A stretch of DNA of 64,000 nucleotides, taken from Salisapilia sapeloensis CBS 127946. Lineage: Eukaryota > Protista > Oomycota. A model generated the notes under the pieces. The model worked only from the letters and a program-made list of their open reading frames with translations. It was not told the DNA's origin and made no database searches. Positions within the stretch are counted from its first letter, which is position 1. Each line of letters opens with the position of its first letter. The position numbers were made by a program, and so were the translations under genes. Shown here one piece after another: positions 31,737 through 42,434 of the stretch. The stretch spans positions 1-64,000 of the forward strand of contig JAADVB010000080.1 in the NCBI GenBank assembly GCA_023334545.1, read 5' to 3'.

Positions 31737-34700
31737 CTAGTTTTTAATTTTTGATGGACGATGACGTCGATTCCCTTTGCCTCCTTTACTCCCCGCTGTC
31801 GTTCGTACGGTGGCTAATAGCTCAGAAAAGTTACCGCCGCTGGAAGGGATGCCGACCTCGGATGCCAAGGTTTCCAGTGCGAGCACCATGTACTGCAAAG
31901 CTTGCTCGCTCGTCTCGCCACAACATAGCATCCCCAATACGCCTTCCACAAGGCTGTTGGTCAGTAGAAAGGTCGTCCCGACGCTATGGTCTACGTCAAA
32001 GCAGACGCCATGGAGACGGCATGTCTGGAAGAAAGCGTTATAAGTCTTGGTCGAGAGACCTGGATGCGAGATGTAATCGATGGTCAAGTATGCGCGTGGT
32101 GGACCTGATACTTGATGTGGCTTTAGATTCTTCACAGCATCTCGGACAAGCATCGAGCCTGGTTCAGGAGTTGAAGGAACGGTATCGACCACAGCTTCCA
32201 CTTGTGCTCTGGACAGGTGGTAGAACCCTGTGGTATCGTCCACTGCTCCTTGTGTCACGAGACGAAACGCCGTGAAGGAGCAGGCTGAATTTGTTAAAAA
32301 TGGATAGATAGCAAGTGCCCACATCTTAGGTGCCTGTTTGAGTTTGTCCTCAAAAACCATATAGTCGATGCTTAGATATCCAATAAAACTATCTTGTGCA
32401 AGCAACTTGGCAATAGCGCTCGTAGCTCCCTGTATAGCTTCATGCGGTATAATGGTCTGAGGGAAAGCATAGCCGATTGTTCGTCGCTGATGAGGAGTAA
32501 ACTGTCCGCTATTCGAAACTGCGTGCTGTGTACTCATCAGCAGCACGTTACTAGATGGCTCAACAAGCACATTCGCGCGAACAACTCCTTTCACAGTCCG
32601 TGGAGCAGCTTCAATGACCACTCCAAACCGCTTGATCGCGTCGACGTACGTCTGCCAATCGGGATAGTCTTCATCAAAACAAAATTTGGCCAAGCGGCAA
32701 AGTGATGGCTCGAGTTCAGCTAGAATTGCTCGTCCAGCAATGTCACGTGCACCAGGCTCTCGATAATACTCCGCAGGTCGACGCTCTTTGCGAATACTTT
32801 GTACAATGTGAAGATAAGACACGTCTACAACTGCCATACTCCGGTCTAAAGGATCGTAATCCAGTTTAAAGTACCATACATCTTGATCGAGTTGCGAAAT
32901 GATGAGCTTGGTGAGTGACAAGCAAAGATCTGCCTCATCATAGATATCGTACTTGCCGACCGGGACGTTCACGTCTGCCTTCATAAATAACCGCTTGGCT
33001 CCCGACCTGGTCAGGAGTGGAATAACACTACTTGGGTCAGGACCAAGCATTGGTATGCCCAATGTCAAAGCTAACTTTCTATCTTCTAATCCTGGAACAC
33101 CTGGAACCAAGTACGCTTCTTTACCTTTGACAAGAGTACGAATGCGCTTAAGACACTGCGGCGAGTACAACAAGATCGTAGTCAAAGAGAAATGTGCTGG
33201 GAATTGTTCCGTATGCTCTGGCACCAGAAATTTAACACGTCGACTAGAAGACTGACCTGGATTCCGAATTTGCAGTAGCTTTGAATAGTAATGAACGACG
33301 TCCGGAGGCAACTCGTACGGTGTTATGTAGATAATGTCGACGTTTGAATCACCAACTTCACCGATGCGAGGTAGCTGCATGTTCTGCTTAATAGCAAAGT
33401 CCTCCATACGCAGTCGAGTTTGTTCGTCGATCGAAAGTGAAGGTACATGCACGATGACTCGGCGCTCAGTCTGGATCTTGGACCAATTCTCTCGCAGTTT
33501 CTGGCATCGTGATTCCCATTGAATGTCCAACTTGGAGCGAATGTTCTTAAGTCTACGTTTTAGCGTGACATAACTGTGGTATGCTTTCCAGCAAGTTTGG
33601 ATAATAACGATACTTTCATCTCTCAATTTATAGCGACGAAAGCGACCGCGATGGATGCACATCCGAAAGAATGCCTGCAAAGTAGTTGCAGCCCTTTTCC
33701 TTCGATCTTTGCCCTTGTATCGTTGTCCAGGTCGCGCGATCAGTGCGGTAACCTGGGCATCATTAAGAATGCATGCCATCAACTCCTCCTTTGTAAACGA
33801 CATCTTCGCCATAGCTGCGAGATTTGCCACACGCTTTCCATCAATATTTGCCATCGGTACGAAGTAGTGCGTGAGAAACATTTCAAGTGCCCGAATAACA
33901 TCTTCAATATCCCCCCATTGATCTTCCATTCCTTTCCGAAAGGTGAGGTACTCAGGCGTATCACGCATAGTCTTTCCTCTGTATATGGCGAACTTGTGCA
34001 ATGTATGTTTGCCAACAAGATCATCTGCAGCCCTCAACTGCTTTACTTTTTGTAAATTTTTATCTTTGACTACCTTTGCATCACGACCCACTTGACGCTC
34101 GTCCCCACCTTCGTTACCCGAGTCGCTTTGGTTGGATGAGTACAGGGGTGACTTTGTACGATTCGTCAGTGTCCTTCTCGTGCTAGAATCCTCCAAAGAT
34201 ATGTCAATTCGTTTTAAACTGCGTTGTAGCATGTCCGCACTTTTATCTTCTCTCCATTTGTCTGGTGAAACCTCGGTCGACATTGTTCCACTTTCCTCCG
34301 GGGGCATAAGCATCTTCAAATCAAACTTGAGCGAAGTCACGTTCACTCCAGCTGCATTAGAATGAGGTATAGCTTTACAGGACTGTTGTTGACGGCTGTA
34401 GAGACTTGGCTTTGTCTGGTGAAGCAAGCGATCTCCGCCCTTGTTAAACGCCAAAGACAAATCCGAGTCTGGTGGTACGAAACCGCGATTAATCAGGCTC
34501 AGTAATCCAGCGTCAGCATCTTCCGCTTCTATTACAGGAGCTGGAGCAGTTGGATCAATCTTGTTGACATTAGGCAAAAACCGCCTCGGCTGAGAAGTTT
34601 TCTTCTTCATAATCTTTCCCTTACTTGACTCTCGACGACGGACATCCTGTTCTCGAGAACGTGTGCGCTCATTTGGTATCCGGTTTCGAAAGTATTCAAT

Positions 34701-35087
34701 GTCATGTTCATGGGTTGCCAAAAGCGAATCACTGCGTCGTCGTTCCAGTTTAGAGACTGTGTCCGGTGAAGCAGTATGATTATACACAGACGGAAGAATT
34801 GGGTTTCCAGCAGGCTGGTTGCTCGTTTTAACAAGCCCATCCAAAACAACCTCTGCTTTCGCATGCAACTCTGCTTCAGCCTTCTGCAAAACTTCTTGAA
34901 AGGCAGCGATATGAGTTGCCGTAGCAGTACTTGAGCGCACAGAAGTGGTCGCAGCGGAAGAAGTATTTGATCCATAAGGCATAGCATCTTGACCGATTCG
35001 CTCACGCATGATCCGAAGCTCTTCTTTCGTCTGTAGCAAGATCCGCCCTACATCTTCCACATGCCTCTGCTGCTCGATCCTCTCCAT
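31737..35087 (-). CDS. IQCH: IQ-motif-containing protein H-like, 1116 aa, intronless
   Basis: Two IQ motifs (AATTLQAFFRMCIHRGRF, IVIIQTCWKAY), then RRVIVHVPSLS, VDIIYITP, PGLEDRKLALTLGIPMLGPDP and GFIGYLSIDY, typical of IQCH. Confidence 0.8.
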   Translation of the reverse strand: MERIEQQRHVEDVGRILLQTKEELRIMRERIGQDAMPYGSNTSSAATTSVRSSTATATHIAAFQEVLQKAEAELHAKAEVVLDGLVKTSNQPAGNPILPSVYNHTASPDTVSKLERRRSDSLLATHEHDIEYFRNRIPNERTRSREQDVRRRESSKGKIMKKKTSQPRRFLPNVNKIDPTAPAPVIEAEDADAGLLSLINRGFVPPDSDLSLAFNKGGDRLLHQTKPSLYSRQQQSCKAIPHSNAAGVNVTSLKFDLKMLMPPEESGTMSTEVSPDKWREDKSADMLQRSLKRIDISLEDSSTRRTLTNRTKSPLYSSNQSDSGNEGGDERQVGRDAKVVKDKNLQKVKQLRAADDLVGKHTLHKFAIYRGKTMRDTPEYLTFRKGMEDQWGDIEDVIRALEMFLTHYFVPMANIDGKRVANLAAMAKMSFTKEELMACILNDAQVTALIARPGQRYKGKDRRKRAATTLQAFFRMCIHRGRFRRYKLRDESIVIIQTCWKAYHSYVTLKRRLKNIRSKLDIQWESRCQKLRENWSKIQTERRVIVHVPSLSIDEQTRLRMEDFAIKQNMQLPRIGEVGDSNVDIIYITPYELPPDVVHYYSKLLQIRNPGQSSSRRVKFLVPEHTEQFPAHFSLTTILLYSPQCLKRIRTLVKGKEAYLVPGVPGLEDRKLALTLGIPMLGPDPSSVIPLLTRSGAKRLFMKADVNVPVGKYDIYDEADLCLSLTKLIISQLDQDVWYFKLDYDPLDRSMAVVDVSYLHIVQSIRKERRPAEYYREPGARDIAGRAILAELEPSLCRLAKFCFDEDYPDWQTYVDAIKRFGVVIEAAPRTVKGVVRANVLVEPSSNVLLMSTQHAVSNSGQFTPHQRRTIGYAFPQTIIPHEAIQGATSAIAKLLAQDSFIGYLSIDYMVFEDKLKQAPKMWALAIYPFLTNSACSFTAFRLVTQGAVDDTTGFYHLSRAQVEAVVDTVPSTPEPGSMLVRDAVKNLKPHQVSGPPRAYLTIDYISHPGLSTKTYNAFFQTCRLHGVCFDVDHSVGTTFLLTNSLVEGVLGMLCCGETSEQALQYMVLALETLASEVGIPSSGGNFSELLATVRTTAGSKGGKGNRRHRPSKIKN

Positions 35088-35317
35088 CTCAATTCAATTT
35101 CCGCAGCCTCTACTGTAAATTTAGATGCATGTAATCTACCTCGCAATATCCAAAAATAGATTAACTTGTACGTCATGGATAATCGTTTTACCCAATGACA
35201 CCATCCTAATGCTATGATCCGAGGACGCTGCTAAGCCTAATGGCGAAAAGGAGCTCATACCCGGCAGAATTTTCTACAGCCAGAATATAAAAAACAACCG
35301 TTGTGCTTGAAACCAAG

Positions 35318-36449
35318 ATGATGCCATGTCCAGCACCAACGTCAGTACCTGAAAAATACACAGCCACATCGGCAGAAGGTTATATCACCAAACGAGGTCA
35401 CGTCCGTAAGTCGTGGAAACGTAGGTATCTTGTCTTGGACGGAGCTACTTTGCAAGTGCGATACTACGAGAGCAAAGACGTCAGTAAAACAGATCCAGGT
35501 AGCACCAAGGGTAGCTTTGTCTTGACTAGCGTGAAGAAAGAAGATTTCGAAGGAATCTTTCCCGAGTCCAAGTCTGTGTTCAAGATGTTTGGGCATGCAT
35601 CAAGAGGGACGCCGCACGGTTTTATCATGACAGGCCATACGCCAGGAAAAGGAAAGGTGTTGTTGGAAGCTGTGACCTCTTCCAAAGTGGAAGCCGATCG
35701 CTGGGTAGAAATTGCTAACAATGCCTTGCAAGCAAGCAAAGCAAATTACCTCGAGAACTCGTCGGGTCAGTGATACTTATGGATATATGCAGCTGTCACT
35801 GTCTAATAAGGTTTGTGTACAGGTGAGAAACGACAATTAGGTCGTACTGCTAGTGATTCCGATGCGATGACGATGAAAGCCACAAAGAGCGAATTCTTGA
35901 AAGATGCCTTAAAGGATCTTGAATCTGCCAAATCTGTGGGTAGAGAAGCTTGTAACGAAATAGCCATCCAAGGAGGTACTCAGTTGCATACCATAGTACA
36001 CAGTGCGCTTCATGAACACTGAGCCGTTTATAGAAAAGCTGGACAATATCGAAGCTCGGCTGGAGTCTATGCATGCCGATCTGGACTATGGCGATCGTAT
36101 CTTGCAGCATATGCAGCGTCCACTGCTTCACCTACTATCCAAATCTGGTCGTCCAACAGCAAAGGCGCATTCCAGCCGGAAAAATAAGATGATAGGACCA
36201 GCCAGTATGCCCGACCTGTTTGGCTCTGGTATGTGGCGAGGTGGCAGCAGCGATTCTGATGGTGACCTGCACAAAATCGCCATGGCGCTAACAGAGCTAG
36301 AGGAACAGGCTGCCGCTATCAATGTGGAAGCGACAAAGACGACAATGCAAGTTGGGACTATCGCGGAGCAGCTGCGTAAAGTCGATTCGCGCGTGCAGGG
36401 GCAGACCAAGGCAGCAAAAAAGCAAATAGGCAGCGCTAATTTGTTTTAG
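35318..36449 (+). CDS. PH domain fused to a SNAP-25-like Qbc SNARE, 3 exons
   Basis: PH domain EGYITKRGHVRKSWKRRYLVL...EADRWVEIA, with introns at 35766-35822 and about 35975-36032. SNARE motif 1 ...EIAIQGEKLDNIEARL and motif 2 DGDLHKIAMALTELEEQAAAINVEA. Confidence 0.8.
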
Positions 36450-36515
36450 AAGATGTGCGTGGAAAAATGGATGTTAGTTTTGGTGCTAACCAATGTGCTT
36501 TGTGGTTTTATGGTC

Positions 36516-37024
36516 TTAAAACGGTGATTTCGGTGGCGCTACGCCTCGATCCATAAAGTGTTGACGACGGACGAGACGTTCATGGCGCTTGTAGTCACCC
36601 GCGATGTCTTGGGTTTTGTACTTTGCTCCTTCGTCCGCTGTGGCCTGTCCTTCGTACCTTTTTCCGTTCTTGTAAACGTAGCTTTTCACGCCCGAGTCTG
36701 TAATGCCAAGAGCATGTCAGTCGAGTTTAAGGAAATGCATGCTGTATAGCGATTACGCACCTGTCTTTCGACGTGGTGTAATAATCTTGATGTATCCGAT
36801 TTGCGCCTGGGCCTTCTCTATCAACTTGGCAACTCTATCAATACACCATGTCAATCCTATCATCCTTACTATTCGCCTCTTTCAGCATACTCTTTCGGAT
36901 CCGTGGTGTCCCGATGCTCTCTAAACTCCGACCGTACTCGTTGCAACGTCTCTTCCCTCTGCCCCTCTGGAAGCGACTTTGCCAGTGCCAGGAGCTTCTT
37001 GTACAACGGTCTCAGCTCCGCCAT
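36516..37024 (-). CDS. LYR-motif (Complex1_LYR-like) small mitochondrial protein, 3 exons
   Basis: MAELRPLYKKLLALAKSLP...VRSEFRE|VAKLIEKAQAQIGYIKIITP|...LVRRQHFMDRG, joined by two GT-AG introns. Confidence 0.75.
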
Positions 37025-37116
37025 TTCGATTTGTGCCTTTCGTGTCCACTTTTTGTTGTCACCAGTCTGTACCGTTAGCACATCACATACCGAACCAACT
37101 TATTTTCGACCGGATC

Positions 37117-39250
37117 ATGGCCAAGCGAACGCATTCCGACATGGCGAGTGGGGGCAACCTGCTTAGCAGTATGCTCTCATCCATGTCAAAAACGAATGAG
37201 AGCGCCAGGTCCGCCCAGCAGGCTGAAGCTCGCACCGAAAGGGTGGCTGCAGGTCGTGGTCAGAGCATCAGTGTCGACAGCACAGACGCCTCCCCCGACA
37301 CGGCACTTGGTACTTTCCTACAGGAACTGCAGTCTGAAATTGCCGTCCAAGCTCCTGGGGCCGTCGTGGAAGTTGAGCTACGCTTTGGTCGCATCACCTC
37401 TCGTCTCCAAGAGACTCGCTGTCGCCCATCTCAAGACGGTGTCAATGCTGCCATCGCACTGACGTCGGACATGATGAAGGCGAGTGGTGCAAGGTTTGCT
37501 CCTGGCGTAGCTGAGAACTGGTATCCGGTGTTTGAGAAGCGCGTTCATCAACTGTGGCAAAGTGGGAGCTTTGGGAAACACACGGAAAAGCAAGTGTCTC
37601 GCACACTGCCAAACAGTCAGCGTATCATTGAGATGGTAGATGCTGACACCAACATGAAACGACCTCCGCAGCTCCAGACGAAGCAACGTGTTAAGAGTCT
37701 GGATATATTCCTCCCTCACTGCCCGTTTGACTGCCGGCTGTCCGTGTCGATAGAGTACCCGATGCAGGATCTTTCAGACGGCACAGAGGAACTTCCTGCC
37801 GCTGAAAGTGTTCGTCACAAAGATCGAGAGTCTGCCGTCGGTCGAGACCTTCGTATCGACCTCACAAAAGTCAAAGAAGAGCACTCGAACTCCAATTCAT
37901 TCGAAGTCGAAGTCGAATTGAACGACCGCGTCGTCAACGAATGGCTGGAGGTAGCACAAGACCCGAGTGAAGGGTGGAAAGCTGCGAACCAAGCCGGTGC
38001 ACACCTTTGGCGCATGGTCAAGTTCTTCATGCCAGAAGCCGGCCAAGCCTTTCAGCGCAGCTGGAGTTTTAACGGCAGTGACCAAGTTCGCGAAAGCTAC
38101 GAAGATCGTTTAAACACTCGTGGTAAATTCGGTGGCACCATGCCTGTCGGATTCGCGAGATGGCACATTCCTCTCGTCAAGCGGAAAGAGTACTTTGTGT
38201 CTGAAAAAACGGACGGCGTGCGCTACTTTCTCGTCGTCGCGGCCGGTAATGCTGTGCTAGTGGACAGGTCGAACAACGCTTTCACTGCATCTGGCCTCGA
38301 TCTACTGAGTCTCTTGCTTCCAGAAGGCACTGTTCTCGATGGAGAATTTGTCGTACGTTTCTATTCCAAAGGTTTACGAAGGCACTTGTCTAACCCTGTT
38401 CTAGTTCCACCAAGGAGAGAAGCGATTTGTCTTTTTAGCCTTTGATATCATTGCCACAGGAAATGCTCCTGACGACTCGCATGTGGATAAATCCTTTGCC
38501 GAGCGCCTTCGCATCCTTAACGACTTCCTATCTGAAAAGTACACTCTCCTACAAGTTCTAGCAAGATAGAGTCTAACCTGTTGCATCCGTAGTGGACCCT
38601 ATGCCACAGGTATGCAAAGCCATGGTCTCCATCGCCACGCCGTCCTTCCTCTCCTACGGAAGAAGTGGTTCCCACTAAAACAATTGGCGCAAGTCTTCCA
38701 GCTCATCCAGAGTGTCAAGAAGCGTGACGGTAGCCTCGCTCGAATCTACCGCGACGGCAAGCGAGAGCACTATACGGACGGCGTCATCTTTTGCCCCAAC
38801 TCTCGGTACGTGTCGAACACGCACAGTGAGTACCTCAAGTGGAAGTGGAGCGATTTGATCACGGTCGACTTCACGACATACCTCCAGTCGGACGGAACGG
38901 TGTCACTTTCGTGCCCAGGACCAAAGCACACGACGATCAGCCTCGACTCGATCGTCAAGACAGACCCGAGTGACCACGCGCAACTTCAAAAAGTGGTCTC
39001 GCAGTTCCCTTCCAGCTCTGCTGTCATCGAGTACGCTTTTGACGTCGACAAGGGCATGTGGCGCTACAAGTGCGTACGTCCGGACAAGGACGTCGGGAAC
39101 TATATCAACACCGTCCTCGGGTCCGTCATGAACATCGCCGAGGGTATCAGTGAAGAGGAACTACAGTTTCGTCTATTGCGTGAAGGTGGGGACAAGTGGA
39201 ATGATCATATGAAAGGCATGCGTCGCTCTCTCCTCGACCAACATCGATAG
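37117..39250 (+). CDS. Bifunctional mRNA capping enzyme: TTM/CYTH RNA triphosphatase + guanylyltransferase + OB fold, 3 exons
   Basis: TTM motifs EVELRFG, RHKDRES, RIDLTKV and FEVEVEL. GTase motifs I EKTDGVRY, III LDGEFV, IIIa FLAFDII, IV TDGVIF, V LKWKW and VI RPDK. Introns 38353-38404 and 38539-38592. Confidence 0.92.
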
Positions 39251-39293
39251 ATTTCGTTCTTTTTAAACTCGCAAAAGGAAAAACAAGAAAACG

Positions 39294-40490
39294 TTATAGC
39301 ACGCTCCGCCACAATTTGTTCAGCAGATGCATGCACGCCTGGTTGTTCGTCACCCAGACGATAAATTTTGCACGTTGCGTCGGCGTCAAGATGTTCTGCA
39401 GCTGGTCCATCTCGGCGTCCAACGTCGCGTTCTTGTGCGCAGTCTCGGTCTTGAGCTCACTCACAAGAGACAAGGCGTTTCGGAGGTTCTCGCAGATCAC
39501 AGCGATGCTGCCGCGCTGCTCCTGAATACGCCGCTTCTGGTCCTCGGACAGACCCAGCTCCTTGGCAAGAATCACAGGCAGAGACGTCTCGTCCTCATCA
39601 TCCTGCCAGAACGCATCGTCCTGACGCAAAGCCCAGATACACATCTTGGTCACTTGCGTCGGCAGCAGCAATCGCTCGATCTGGTGCAAATGGTAGCTAA
39701 GTGCCGACCGACGGCCGTGGCCATAGTCTGAGTACTGCTCCTTGAAGTTGTCGATCTTCTCCGCCAGTTCCTTCTCACTCGCGCCGTCTCGGATCATCTT
39801 CTCTAGCTCTTCACACACTTCCGTCTTCTCCTTTTCTTCCTGCTTAATTGCCTCCTTGCCCGCCCGGAGCTGTCCTCGGAGCTCCATGTTTTCCTTTTCC
39901 AGCTGACGACAGCGCTCTTCAACGCCCAGGATGTGCTCTCGCTTGCGCCGACGACACTCTCGAGCAGACTCCCGATTGCGTTCCAACTTGAGTCGTCGAG
40001 CCTCGTCGCTCGAACTTGCATCCGACTTGGATTTGCTGTAGGACGGCGTCGCAGGTTTCTTCCGACTGAGTTTGTGCTTTTCATTCAGAGCCTGATTGGC
40101 GCTCTCTAGGTTCTTGATGAGACTCACTTGCGTATCAGACAATGGCCGGCCGTCTTGCGTACGAGCTGTGTGGGCAGTGGACGTGTGAGACATCAGGGCC
40201 TCTTCCGCCGACCGCTTTTGCCCGACACTCGAGCTTGTGCTGGAGCCCCCGTCTGTGCTAGACGGCGGCAGAAAGAGCTGTTCGTCAGACGTGTGGTCTA
40301 GCAAGGCGAATGGGTCCGCCTCGGAAGTCGCTTGCGTGGCGGTGCCATCCGCGGCCAAGTGCTCTGAGTTGAGCAATAGCCACGAGAAGACGTCTCGATT
40401 TGCTGGAGGAAGGGCATCATTGACACTGGCGGTCGGGGCGCTAAGTGCCGCGGTCATGCTCGGCGTCAATGGTAATGCCGTCTCCTTCAT
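39294..40490 (-). CDS. bZIP transcription factor with a C-terminal helical (TGA/DOG1-like) domain
   Basis: Basic region RLKLERNRESARECRRRKREH, a leucine zipper, then a C-terminal domain ending LTPTQRAKFIVWV. Confidence 0.88.
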   Translation of the reverse strand: MKETALPLTPSMTAALSAPTASVNDALPPANRDVFSWLLLNSEHLAADGTATQATSEADPFALLDHTSDEQLFLPPSSTDGGSSTSSSVGQKRSAEEALMSHTSTAHTARTQDGRPLSDTQVSLIKNLESANQALNEKHKLSRKKPATPSYSKSKSDASSSDEARRLKLERNRESARECRRRKREHILGVEERCRQLEKENMELRGQLRAGKEAIKQEEKEKTEVCEELEKMIRDGASEKELAEKIDNFKEQYSDYGHGRRSALSYHLHQIERLLLPTQVTKMCIWALRQDDAFWQDDEDETSLPVILAKELGLSEDQKRRIQEQRGSIAVICENLRNALSLVSELKTETAHKNATLDAEMDQLQNILTPTQRAKFIVWVTNNQACMHLLNKLWRSVL

Positions 40491-40524
40491 ATTTCTCAGT
40501 ACTCCTTCTGCCGGTGCTAGGAAG

Positions 40525-40533
40525 AAAATGAGC
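40525..40533 (-). promoter_or_regulatory. INR-like element upstream of the bZIP gene
   Basis: GCTCATTTT on the minus strand, about 35 nt before ATG 40490. It matches the oomycete INR consensus. Confidence 0.4.
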
Positions 40534-40923
40534 AAAACACTTGGCTGAGACGTCTGGAAGAGGGGTATATATTTCTTTCACTTCAAGTTTGTATGATCTG
40601 GACCCTTTAACAAGGTCCTCAAATATCGAAGAGATGGGCACGCAGCTCAGCAGACAAGTCAGGTCACTACACGGATACACGCCAGAGGTATCTACCATCT
40701 AAATTTCTTGCGCCAGATTCTTCTAGCGTCCGATTGACTCTTCACCGAGGTGACATGGCCGACGTCATCTGCCCTACCTTCGGGAAACCTCCGTCAGCAT
40801 GTTGATTGACTCGAAGCGATGCAACGACAAATAGCCAGATCAGATGTCGAGGATCGCATACAAACTCGCAGACAAAAGCGCTGGATCGTTATACGCAATT
40901 GTATCAAGGTCCATTAGGAAAAA

Positions 40924-40936
40924 CCATTCTCTCTCT
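40924..40936 (+). promoter_or_regulatory. INR-like CCATTCTCTCTCT upstream of the AGC kinase
   Basis: Begins 18 nt before ATG 40942. The identical 13-mer precedes UGP-PGM. Confidence 0.4.
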
Positions 40937-40941
40937 CGACT

Positions 40942-42404
40942 ATGGGAAACAAGACGTCCAAGGGTGGCAGGAGCTTCCGCCCTCCTGTCAAGAGCGACCG
41001 GGGTAACAAGTTCACCGCCAACAACAACCGGGACCAAGGACGCAGCGCGCCACCCGCGCCGTCCTCCACGAGCAATGCCTCTTCGTCGAACGCGAACGGG
41101 GTTACCGGCGGGCACGAGCAACCGCCTCCGGCCCCACAGTCTGCAGCGACGTCATCTTCTAAGACGACCGAGCAAGACAATGAGTCTGACGTCGAGGACG
41201 ACGACTCCGGCCCAGCGGAGCAAATGTCGATCCAAGAGCTCGGCGATGGCGACAAGAACGCTGCGCAGACCAAGGTGTCGGTCGAGGACTTTGACTTGCT
41301 CAAGGTGCTTGGCAAGGGCAGTTTCGGTAAGGTCATGATGGTCCGAAAGAAGGACTCGAGACAGATCTACGCTTTGAAGACACTGCGAAAGGCAGCATTG
41401 ATCAAACGCAACCAGGTATGTCCTTCTCCTCCTCCCTCTCCATTTCTCGTACTGACGACCTCTTAGTTAATACATACAAAAACAGAGCGTAGTATCCTCC
41501 AGAGCATCAAGCATCCGTTCTTGACGAGACTCACATACGCCTTCCAGGTATCCTCCCTCTCTCTTGTCTATCTTTAAACCAACCCTCACGTCTGTGATAG
41601 ACACCGGAGAAACTGTACCTTGTCATGGACTTTTGTGGTGGTGGAGAACTCTTCTTCTGGCTGAAGAAGGAGCGTCGTTTCTCTCAGACCAAGGCTCGTC
41701 TCTTCGCGGCGGAGATCATCCTCGCGCTCCAGGAGCTCCACTCGCACGATATCATCTACCGTGATCTCAAGCCAGAGAACATCTTGCTCGACCTCGAAGG
41801 CCACGTCAAACTGACGGACTTTGGGCTTAGTAAGGAAGCGGTCTCGGGCGCCGGCGCCGTCGGAGGGACCAAGACGTTCTGTGGTACGCCAGAGTACCTC
41901 GCCCCAGAGATTCTCGAGAACAAGGGACACGGCAAGGCTGTCGACTGGTGGAGTCTCGGTACACTCATCTACGAGATGCTCACTGGCCTGCCTCCCTTCT
42001 ACGACCAGAACATGCAGCGCATGTACGACAAGATCTTGAACGCTCCGCTGCGCTTCCCGTCTTTCATGTCGGCCGAAGCCAAGGACCTGCTGCAAGGTCT
42101 CCTCACGCGTAAAGTGTCGGAGCGACTGGGTAGCGGCCCGACGGACGCGGAGGAGATCAAGAAGCATCCGTTCTTCAACAACTTGGACTGGGACGCCGTG
42201 TACCGACGGGAGGTCGTGCCGGAGTTTAAGCCTCCGAACCGTCAAGGCAGTGTGGACACGAGCAACTTTGATGTCGAGTTCACAGGGGAGAAGCCAGTGG
42301 ACTCAGTTGTGACGTCCACCATGAGCGAGACTCAGCGGGACAAGGCCCAGTTCGACGGCTTTACCTACAACGAAGACACGATGGACCAGGGCAAGAGCAA
42401 CTAA
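40942..42404 (+). CDS. AGC-family Ser/Thr kinase (S6K/SGK/Akt-like, no PH or PX domain), 3 exons
   Basis: MGNKTS (possible N-myristoylation), LGKGSFGKV, YRDLKPENILLD, DFG, TKTFCGTPEYLAPE, VDWWSLG and hydrophobic motif FDGFTY. Introns 41416-41466 and about 41548-41600. Confidence 0.93.
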
Positions 42405-42434
42405 ACAAATAGTTCCGTTTTCAAAAGATACACT

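Noticed and set aside
40761-40796. Two TGACG sites in the bZIP/kinase divergent promoter (autoregulation idea)
   Set aside because: 5-mers occur often by chance, and the spacing does not match an as-1 element.
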